Assembly: GCA_002245135.1 (NCBI GenBank)
Contig: NGBS01001199.1
Location: forward strand, 1-64,000
From: Proteromonas lacertae
Lineage: Eukaryota
Length of the DNA stretch: 64,000 bases
Direction of reading: 5' to 3'
Made by a program: the position numbers and the translations under genes. The notes under the pieces were generated by a model. The model was not told where the DNA came from. It did no database searches and saw nothing but the letters and a program-made list of their open reading frames with translations. Shown here one piece after another: positions 45,370 through 54,847 of this stretch (position 1 is its first letter; every line of letters starts with the position of its first letter).

Positions 45370-46296
45370 TTACTTCTGTTCATCATCGTGATACTTGAGT
45401 TCTTTCATCAGCTTTAGGCACTTTACAAGATGACCTTGAATGTATACTGACTCCTTCTTCTTAAGAGTTGATGATATTCCCATGGAGTTGCAATAACTTT
45501 TCTTGGACTCCTTAGTTAAGCAGGTGAGTTGGATGTGATCATTAATGGAACCTAGGTACTTCTTAAGGCAGTAAGGACAGAGACCACAGGAAATGTTCTT
45601 ATCGGTGACTCTAGCAGCAGTAATCACGGGATTATCAACATCGATCACGTCCATTGGATTAGCAATCACGGTATAATGATATTGAACTTGATCATCCTCC
45701 TCGGCTTCTAGGTAAAGTAAGTAAACAAAACGATCAGGAGAAGTCATCGGTAAAGTACAGCTACTGCGTCTGGCTAATCGTAAATGCGATCCCTTCAATT
45801 GATAGATGTGAACACCCACGTTATTGTTCTCTTCAAAGGAGTCGATGAGTCTGGAAGATGATATTGGATTTGCTATAGGGTGTTGGTAGTTAATGATGTA
45901 CTTGCTTAAGTACTTGGAGTACATCTCGGGATTCTCAATGGCTGCGTTCTTACTGAGTTGATGATGATGAAGAGCTGCGATTGCGGAGTAAGCAAAGCTG
46001 AACATAGCAATACGTACATTTATAATACTGCTAGGATCAATCACTTCCTTGGGCACCTCCAGCAGTGCTTCGATGAAATAAACTTTGTTGACCCGTGACT
46101 TCTTAGCTGGATGATCCTCAGTTGCCTTATGAAGTTCCTTATGTGATCTCTTGACCTTACCTTCGGAGGATGATTCTACCAGTGGTGTGTTGTTGCTTAC
46201 CTGGGATAGTTGAGAAGCTAAATTGAAGTCCCTGGAGGAGTCTTGTTCTGTGACTACTTTATCATTCAATGGAGATGTTGCTTGGGTTGGATCCAT
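45370..46296 (-). CDS. Stand-alone vOTU-like plus Zn-finger domain homologous to the pPolB N-terminal region
   Basis: IINV..MFSFAYSAIAALH..FEENNNVGVHIY..VYLLY..HYTVI..CPYC..HIQLTC aligns by eye to polB VINL..MCFLFSVAAGLH..FEQLNHITINIF..VNLLI..HYMVI..CQYC..HQKENC. Confidence 0.75.
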   Translation of the reverse strand: MDPTQATSPLNDKVVTEQDSSRDFNLASQLSQVSNNTPLVESSSEGKVKRSHKELHKATEDHPAKKSRVNKVYFIEALLEVPKEVIDPSSIINVRIAMFSFAYSAIAALHHHQLSKNAAIENPEMYSKYLSKYIINYQHPIANPISSSRLIDSFEENNNVGVHIYQLKGSHLRLARRSSCTLPMTSPDRFVYLLYLEAEEDDQVQYHYTVIANPMDVIDVDNPVITAARVTDKNISCGLCPYCLKKYLGSINDHIQLTCLTKESKKSYCNSMGISSTLKKKESVYIQGHLVKCLKLMKELKYHDDEQK

Positions 46297-46347
46297 TTAT
46301 ACTTCACTAGGTAAATGATTTCAACTATTCAAGGCTATCGAAGTTAC

Positions 46348-46716
46348 CAATTGTAAACTCCCGGTTCCACGATTGGTTTCCACGGTTCAATTAAAAGCCC
46401 TTACAAGGTCACCAGCGTAGCAAGGAGAGTCAAGAGCATGATTAGAATCATCACCTCGAGGTAACCAACACTTCTAGATAGCTTCCAGGAGCACCCGTAG
46501 GAGATCGTCTCATAGATAGGTATAGGTAGGTATAGGAAGGTATTGATAGGTATAGAAATAGCTTAGAGGAGTCCCCGTAGGAAGTAGACTCTGTTGAGAA
46601 GTAGACCCTGTTAGGAGGAATCCCGTAGGAACCTTACGTAAATGGGACTATGGTACATTATGCCAGAGTTCTAACGAGTTTTCTAGGAGTCCGTCCCCTT
46701 CTAGATTCAGAGTTGA
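46348..46716 (+). repeat. Near-identical direct copy of the right terminal repeat 60960-61328, truncated inside the hairpin
   Basis: Constant offset of 14612. Confidence 0.95.
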
Positions 46717-48176
46717 ATACTTTAAGCAGCCAGCTGTTTACTTCAACTACGAGAAGATCCGAGACAAGGGAAAGGTACTTAAAGTATTCGGAGGAGTTGC
46801 TAGTGGGGCAACTCCTCTGAAGGAGCTTCATCACTCTATCCGACTAGTCCAGGATGATCTCATCGGTAAGCCCATATCAACAAGAGCAATCGTGGACTTA
46901 GGAAACCTCATCGGTAGATGCATAGTCAGTGGTAATGTCCGAAGATCCGCAGAGATAGCCTTTGGAGAACATCACGATGAAGAGTTCCTTAACCTCAAGG
47001 ACTATGATCTCAACCCAGACAGAAGCTCCTTTGGATGGGCATCCAACAACAGTGTCTTTGCAATCAAAGGAATGGACTATAGCAATATAACTGAACGCAT
47101 ACGGAAGAATGGAGAGCCTGGTATCTGCTGGTTGAAGAACATGCAAGAGTATGGACGGCTAGGCGATCCAAAGAATAAGAAGGATCGAAGAGTTCTCGGT
47201 GGTAATCCTTGCCTAGAGCAATCGCTGGAGTCTTATGAGATGTGTTGTCTGGTAGAGACGTTTCCTTATCGTCATCATAATCTAGGAGAGTTCTTAAGGA
47301 CATTGAAGTTTGCTTACCTATATGCCAAGACTGTGACTCTGGGGATGACTCACTGGCCAGAGACCAACAGAGTGATGTTAAGGAATAGAAGGATCGGATG
47401 CAGTATCAGTGGATAGCGCAGTTCATTGATAAGTACGGAGTTGATATTCTCAAGACTTGGATGGAAGAAGGCTATTCAACTATCCAACACTGGGATAGGA
47501 TCTACTCCGAGTGGTTCTGCATTCCACGATCAATCAAGACAACATCGGTAAAGCCAAGTGGTACAGTCAGTCTACTTGCTGGAGCAACTCCAGGGATTCA
47601 CTTCCTCAGAGCAACTACTACGTTAGAAGGATTAGGATAGATAAGAATAGTCCATTAATTAGAGTCTTGAAGCATGCAAAGTATCCGATTGAAGATGACT
47701 TCTATTGCCCAGAGACAACCTCGGTGATCTCCTTCCCAGTCGAAGTAAAAGGAGTTAGAACTATCAAGGAGGTACCGATGTATGAGCAGCTGATGTTGCT
47801 AGCCTTCGTTCAGAAGTACTGGGCTGACAATCAAGTGTCCTGTACGATTACCTTTGATCCGAAACTAGAAGGGCCCCATATTCAACACGCACTAGACTAC
47901 TTCCAATATCAACTCAAGGGAGTATTATTCTTACCTTCAATTGCCACTGACCAGATGAAAACAACCTACCCACAGATGCCTTATGAAGAGATCTCCAAGG
48001 AGGAGTATTACCGACTCCTACAACAAGTATCAGAACCTGACTTTATCAGAAGCTCCTCAAGGGATTATAAGATCGATCTAAGTCCCGAGGAAGTTCAAGG
48101 AAATGAACTAGATGGAGACTACAATCAACCATTCCCGATTGAAGTAAGCTATTGTGATGGTGATCATTGCCTTTAA
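46717..48176 (+). pseudogene. nrdJ: Class II (adenosylcobalamin-dependent) monomeric ribonucleoside-triphosphate reductase, 5'-truncated, two 1-nt frameshifts
   Basis: FGGVASG, VSGNVRRSAE, GEPG, NPCLEQ, RNRRIG, TSVKPSGTVSLLAG, WADNQVS, YPQMPYEEI, C-terminal YCDGDHC. Confidence 0.93.
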
Positions 48177-48353
48177 GTAAATTACCTAAGTGATCTTAAA
48201 GGTTTTATGTAGGGATGGACAATAATCAAAGTAGATATCATCGGATAGGAGATGATAAGGGACGTGATAATAAGCATCTCCGATAGATCCTAGACGATGA
48301 TTGCAGTAGCCCGTAAACAACTCAAGGTTATTAACAATAAGTGATTAAGGAAC

Positions 48354-49433
48354 TTAGAAGTATCTGGATAAGGTCGGTATTTGTTGGGCCTGTTGCTGAT
48401 AGACTCCTCCGAATGATGGGACGTAAGCAGCATAAGGATTGTAGTTAGAGTAGTAGTTCATTGATGCTGGAGGAGTAGGAAAGGATGATTTTGTAGATCT
48501 CTTACCTTTAACAGTCTTAGTAGTTTTCAAAGGAGCCTGAATAGGAACCTGCATGGGAACTTGTAAAGGAATTGATGGGGAAGTACTTGCTGGTGTTGCT
48601 AGTCCAGAGGTTGTTGGATTGCCAGACAAGGAACTTACTATCGGTGAATTGAAGTAAGTGTATGAGGGTGTAGAACTGGATGATTGATTCTCTTGCTTTA
48701 CCTTAAAGCTATCGGTAGTTACTTGAATATCATCTTTGGGAATAGATGTTGGGGTTGGTAATGAAGTAGGAACTGATGTAGCTGACACTGATGAATCAGA
48801 TACAGAAGCTAGTTTAAGATCGTCAAGGATCTTATGAATGTAAGTGTCCTGACTCTTAACTTCATCGTTGAGGAGGTTGCTAGAGTGCTTTATAGTTTCC
48901 AAGATCTTGTCCACGATCTCTGATGATAGACGTACTTCCTCGGGAGTGAGCTTATCAGCTTTTGCTTTAGTCTCTTGAAGTAGTTGATAGTAGGAACGAA
49001 GATGTTTTCGTAAGTCAGCGTATATGGCTACATAGTCAATGATCTTGTCCTTGCTGCGGATGGACTTCAAGGTCTTGGTTAAGTTCTTGATAGTGACATC
49101 TTTGGATGACTGTGCCGAGGAAGTTGTCTTGCCTCTGAGGAGCTTCTTCTTAAGTGTAGTGCTAGCAACAGTAGGAGATGCCTTCGATGATTTAGATATT
49201 ACTGGTGCCTTGAGTGCTAAGTGCTTATTAAGCTTACGCTTCTTGGAGTCATTGGAATTGGTGGATGACTTCATAGCCTTACTACGCTTAGCAATTGAAC
49301 GTGAATTCTTTACCTTTACGGGAGTGATGATAAGTACCTTGGACTTCTTATGAGTAGAAGTAGCCATAGGCTCACACTGTTGTAATTCAAGGCTAGAAGA
49401 AGTACGGGTAGATAATGCTTGTTGAGTATTCAT
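48354..49433 (-). CDS. Hypothetical K/S/T-rich protein (359 aa) with a Y/Q-rich tail
   Basis: Long intact ORF, low complexity. Confidence 0.65.
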   Translation of the reverse strand: MNTQQALSTRTSSSLELQQCEPMATSTHKKSKVLIITPVKVKNSRSIAKRSKAMKSSTNSNDSKKRKLNKHLALKAPVISKSSKASPTVASTTLKKKLLRGKTTSSAQSSKDVTIKNLTKTLKSIRSKDKIIDYVAIYADLRKHLRSYYQLLQETKAKADKLTPEEVRLSSEIVDKILETIKHSSNLLNDEVKSQDTYIHKILDDLKLASVSDSSVSATSVPTSLPTPTSIPKDDIQVTTDSFKVKQENQSSSSTPSYTYFNSPIVSSLSGNPTTSGLATPASTSPSIPLQVPMQVPIQAPLKTTKTVKGKRSTKSSFPTPPASMNYYSNYNPYAAYVPSFGGVYQQQAQQIPTLSRYF

Positions 49434-49964
49434 AAGGCAAAGTCTCTCTAGGAGGATCAGAAAAAGTTAAATACAGAGATGCCTGTTAAGATAAGTTCAT
49501 CCCAAGAACAACGCCTGGTAAAAGTTAATCAAAGAGTATTTATCGATAGAAGAAGTTACTTAAGGTATAGAGTTCATAGCAACCCAAAGAGCTATCAGCA
49601 TCATCATTAGAAGGATGGTAATCAAGATACTTCGGATCAATCTACAACAACTACTATGCTCAATAGCTGGGTGATCTTCAAAAAACATCTGGACATTTAA
49701 GATAAGGAGGATTCAAAGGACGCTTACCAGCACTTCGTCATGACAGAAGAACTCACGGAAGCTATAAGTCCAGGAACGACAACTTCTTTCAGCTATAAGC
49801 ACTAAGCGATCAAAGTCAAAATCCATTGCTCGGTAAGATCCAAGGAAATGAACGATTAAGTAAATTGGTAACTCCCGCCGGAAGAAGTTCTGAAGTGTTA
49901 ACAATTCCGAAGTGAGTTATGAATCGACATTCCCGGCATTGATCAATTTCCTTGCCTTTCAATC

Positions 49965-50837
49965 ATGGTCATCTCAACTACTACTAGATCGATTGCTCCT
50001 TACCGTCCTCCTTTACTTATCGGTGAATCTACTCCCGAGAATGATCAACCTCAAATAGCCTCCATCAAAGCAATGCCTTATGAACACACTCACATGGAGT
50101 ATAGCAACAGCCCGCAATTCGTCAATGGATTACCAGGACTCACCAGTCAAAAGAATCGATCTTCCTATAAAACAGCCTTCAATCAACTCTTAGGCATTGC
50201 TCATCCTTACTACTACAACCAGGGGATCTCCATCGCTATCCTCAAGACAATCATTGTACTTAACTTTGATGATACCTTATTCCCAACCTCCTATATGATG
50301 AAGAACTACTGAGAAGACTTCGATCAGAGATGTTCCCTTAACAACCTCGGGGTTGAAGATCATAGCATCATGCAGCAACTGGACTATACCATCGGTCAGC
50401 TCCTTATGCATTGTATGAGCCTATCTTCAAATCTACCGATAGTGATCCTTACCAATGCTACTCGAGATCATGTCTTTAACATCACTGAGAGATTTTACCC
50501 AGCCTATGTATATCAACTACTGCTCGATGAATATAACTTCTTCGTCCTCTCGGCAAAGGAACGATATGGACAATTGAGTTACAATAACAAGATGTGGAAG
50601 GTGGAAGCACTTCAATGGATCATGAACTACTACTTCGATGGTCCGATAACAAACTCCTGGGAAGATGACTTTGCCGTCAATGTTCTATCAGTTCCAATCC
50701 TTAAGAAGGCGATTCAACTAGAAGTTGGCCAGGCTGCTGATGGTAAGAAGCTCATTGGTACCATAGAGAAGTTGAACCTCAACCTTACTTCCTTCTGTAG
50801 AGATCTCCGATCCTTCCACGTCCACTTAAAGAAGTAA
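49965..50837 (+). pseudogene. HAD-superfamily-like protein with an in-frame TGA (50310-50312)
   Basis: TIIVLNFDDTLFPTSY motif-I-like (first Asp is Asn), VILTNA, LSAKERY..WK; the frame continues into ORF 50370. Confidence 0.65.
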
Positions 50838-51169
50838 TTACTTAGACTTTGTTTATTGTTTGTTGTCTTGGGGATTGCTTAAATAACACTAAGCGTCCCC
50901 GTAAATGATCTCCTCAAGACAACAAGGCAATGAACAATTGTAAAGACACTTCAAAGGAACCTCTAAGAACAACACCGAGATAGAATAGAACAAGAGATTA
51001 TCAGGTTTAAGTAATGCTAGTTAGTCCTCACCTGAGGATTCAACATCCGTAGCTTCAGTAAGGTCAAGATCACTGAGAAGATATTCAGTAAGTACTTAAC
51101 CTTCAAGGTTGGCTGGAGGAAGTCCATGTACTGCTTCATCTTCTTACTAGCAGTAAGCTGCTCGATGTC

Positions 51170-51595
51170 TTAGCCAAGGAGATACTTCAAGGTTCTTAAT
51201 GCACCAGAGTAGAGGATAAGTGGCATGTAATGGCCCAGTGGGATGTATCCATAGTCTTCTTCCTTGCTATTGTTGTATCTGATAAGCTTACAGCCTTTCT
51301 TCATCCTGGTCATGATATGTCTTGGACCTTTAAGTAAAGTCGTAGGAAGCAGATTGAGCTTCATAAGGTGACAATGGAACTTGGCAGAAAGGTTCTTAAA
51401 GTATACACAGTCATCATCAGGAGTAGGATCGGTATACCTGCTCATCACTCCGAGATTCCTTATCTGTTGCTTCATGGAGATGAGGTACATCTTGATGAAC
51501 TCATCGGAAAGATCCTGGTTGTCATCCTTCTGGTTAAGGATCACGTACTTAGCGTCTTCATTCAAGGTGATCTCCTCCGACATGTTTATAATCAA
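51170..51595 (-). CDS. Hypothetical protein (141 aa), duplicate of 15777-16202
   Basis: Identical translation. Confidence 0.55.
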   Translation of the reverse strand: MIINMSEEITLNEDAKYVILNQKDDNQDLSDEFIKMYLISMKQQIRNLGVMSRYTDPTPDDDCVYFKNLSAKFHCHLMKLNLLPTTLLKGPRHIMTRMKKGCKLIRYNNSKEEDYGYIPLGHYMPLILYSGALRTLKYLLG

Positions 51596-51619
51596 GGTAA
51601 GTTATCACAGACACTAGCT

Positions 51620-51904
51620 TTATCGGGTATTGTCAGCTATGAAGTCTCTTACCATGTCTATGATCTCAGCATTGAAAGGATCATCATCATCGTCTTCATC
51701 CTTGGAGTTAGTGATTGTAAGTGAAGATTTATGAGGTTTAGGAGGGAAAGGAGGAGGAACATCATCATCAACAGCAACAGCCATCTCAGCCTTCAACTTC
51801 TTATACTCCGACTTAAGCTTAATTCTGAACACCTTAGTGTCTTTCTCATCGCTAGAAGATTCCTCTAAGGCATTGATAGGTCTGGTTCTCTTCATGATAT
51901 TCAC
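51620..51904 (-). CDS. Hypothetical protein (94 aa), duplicate of 16227-16511
   Basis: Near-identical translation. Confidence 0.55.
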   Translation of the reverse strand: MNIMKRTRPINALEESSSDEKDTKVFRIKLKSEYKKLKAEMAVAVDDDVPPPFPPKPHKSSLTITNSKDEDDDDDPFNAEIIDMVRDFIADNTR

Positions 51905-52359
51905 AGATCAGAAAAGACTCAATGGAGATTTTAACAATTGTAAAGTCCCTGTTCCACGATTCTATTAAAAGCCCTTACAAGGTCACTAGCGTAGCAAGGA
52001 GACTCTAGATCGTGATTAGATTCATTGTCTTTAGATGGCCAACACTTGTAGATAGCTTCCAAGAGTCCCTGTAGGAGATAATCCTGTAAAAGATCATCCC
52101 GTAGGAAATCGTCCCGTAGGGAAGAAGACCTACAATTGATTAATTAATCGATGTTATTACTTCATGGCATATTTGATGAAAATCATCCGCCATTTAATGC
52201 TGAGAAGGATAAATCCTATGAAATTTTGTGTACTTGCTACACATTATATGATCTGCTTAAATTAACAATAATATTTAATAAACTGAAAAAATTACATGTC
52301 TTAATAAAGATTTAAATAAGATTTTCTGATAAAAAAATCGATTGATCACCAAAACAACC

Positions 52360-54058
52360 ATGTGAAGTCACTGTCAAGAATATTGTTGTTACAGAGTCTG
52401 AAGAAGAGAAAATTAGAGCGCTGGTAAATCAATCTTGTAGTATTGGAGAAATTGCCTTAAAAATGGCAAGAACCAAGAGTAGTATTTGGAAGTACTTACA
52501 AATTATGGGGTTGAAGACAACCAAAGCCAAATCAAGTATTTCACCACCTAAGGTTAGAAGAGGGAGAAAGCCAATTATTTTAAACTGTATCATTAGTGGG
52601 CAAGCTGTTAGAGATTATATCTTGAGAAGTCAAGATAATGGCATTACAATTCAATCTGCCAAAGCACTCAGAAATGTGCTACTGAAGAACAGCTTAATCC
52701 CCTTATCAGTATCATTAAGTACAATTCGTCGTTACTGTAAATTATGGAAGATCTATTTTGGAAATAGTGGAGTTTGTCCAAGCTTGACCGAAAAGAACGT
52801 TGAAGAAAGATTAATGACAATATCTCAAAACATATTCTTGGATAATAAGACGATTATGTTCTCAGATGAGTCGATGATTAGACTTGAAATGTTAAAAGTG
52901 TTGGATTAATTATCACTGAAAATGTTATTAAGTATGGGAATATATTCAAAGATAACGTAACTAAGGGAATAAATTCAGTTAGATATTGTCGATTTTTAAA
53001 GAAAACTTTACCGCCTCTAATTAAACAGCATCCATTAGTAAATCATCAGAGACAATGTTATTTCTTACAAGACAATGTCAGCATACATAAAAGTAGTTAT
53101 ACCACAGAATATCTTCTGTGCCATTTGTCATAGTTGGCCATTTGTCTACCAGACACTTTTAAAACAAACTAAATGTATATTCTTACTTGTCTTGATGAAA
53201 AATTGTTACTTTTATACTTACTTTGTTATATGACCTACCTCTGCAGTAAACTTTTTTGTTAATATAAATAGTTTAAATATTTGCGCCATTTGTTTTCTAG
53301 AAATTTTTGAATCAAACTAAATGCATATTTAGCTAATATAGACTAAAATCCATTAGCTGAAATGATTAGAATATAATAATTATTAAATCTTTCTATATAA
53401 AAAAGAAATGTAAAAAATAGGCTTGAGTGAGGCTTGATTCTATATTTTCTATTTTCATTTTAAATGTCTTATGATCAACATTAAGTTGTTCTAATCATTT
53501 CAGCTAATGGATTTTAGTCTATATTAGCTAAATATGCATTTAGTTTGATTCAAAAATTTCTAGAAAACAAATGGCGCAAATATTTAAACTATTTATATTA
53601 ACAAAAAAGTTTACTGCAGAGGTAGGTCATATAACAAAGTAAGTATAAAAGTAACAATTTTTCATCAAGACAAGTAAGAATATACATTTAGTTTGTTTTA
53701 AAAGTGTCTGGTAGACAAATGGCCAACTATGACAAATGGCGCACAACATCTTCAAAGGAACGGTTGAAAACCTATCAGACATCCACCGTTTTCTCCAGAC
53801 TTAAATCCTATTGAAAAGGTCTGGGCAACTCTAAAACACAAGATTAGTGAAGATGAAAACAATTTCAAAGACTTAGATAGCCTAGAAGAAGCTGCAAAAA
53901 GAATTTGGAATGAAATAATGTCAAGCCAAGCCACCAGACATAAATATGCTTTTAGATATCGTGAAGTATGTATGGCATGTCTTTACAAACAGGGTGACTT
54001 CGTTCTAGACAATGACATTAAACGAATTAGAAAGATAACAAACATCCCAGAAGAGTAA
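52360..54058 (+). pseudogene. IS630/Tc1-like DD34E transposase, disrupted
   Basis: HTH SIGEIALKMARTKSSIWKYL, IMFSDES, LQDNVSIH, PFSPDLNPIEKVW; interrupted at 53117-53748. Confidence 0.88.
53117..53748. mobile_element. Foldback MITE of the Ginger-like family with 5-bp TSD TCTTC
   Basis: About 255-bp near-perfect inverted arms, right end GGCGCACAACA, TCTTC at 53112-53116 and 53749-53753. Confidence 0.92.
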
Positions 54059-54847
54059 TTAGCCTAAAAGAAGGTTTTATATAATTTTTGTAGGGGATTT
54101 TCATTTGATTTTATGTTGGCCAAAATTAATACATATAATATAGTAGCCATTTAAAATATTAAATCAAAAGAATTTCAACTAGTTAGCGTTTAAAATAATT
54201 CGAAGAATATATAGTATATAAATGGGACTCTGGCATATTGTACCATAGTCCCATTTACGTAAGGTTCCTACGGGATTCCTCCTAACAGGGTCTACTTCTC
54301 AACAGAGTCTACTTCCCTACGGGAACTCCTCTAAGCTATTTCTATATCTATCTATGAGACGATCTCCTACGGGTACTCCTGGAAGCTATCTAGAAGTGTT
54401 GGTTACCACGAGGTGATGGTAATGAAGAAGCAGTGATCTCTTTCGGAGTATGGGTAAGAACGTCTCAGAGGAAGCTTCCTTACCAAGGACGATGTTGCGG
54501 AGCAATATCGGACTTGGATAGGAAGGTTCCGTCGTAGACGTTCTTGTCCATGCCCGGAAGAAGAACTGCTTTCTTCATTACCAGGATCATTGAGAAGGTA
54601 CTTTCATTTGATCATCATCCAGGGTTGTTGAATCTCTTGGAGTTGTTGCTGCCCAACAAAGCAAGGTAAACTATTTGCACCATGGTTGGGCAGCTCCGAA
54701 GGTGGTCACTGACTATAGTTATCCTCTTGCTTAGACTTCCTCTATCTATCTATTACTTTCTCATAATAACAGTCTAGGTATCGGCTTCTCCTGTAATGTT
54801 TTTGATCAATCCCAAGACAGAACCTTATCAGGTAAAGCTTACTATCA

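Noticed and set aside
54418..54582. About 17-bp inverted repeat GGTAATGAAGAA(A)GCAGT at the inner edge of the left TIR
   Set aside because: Single short imperfect IR with no TSD; probably a rearrangement scar.
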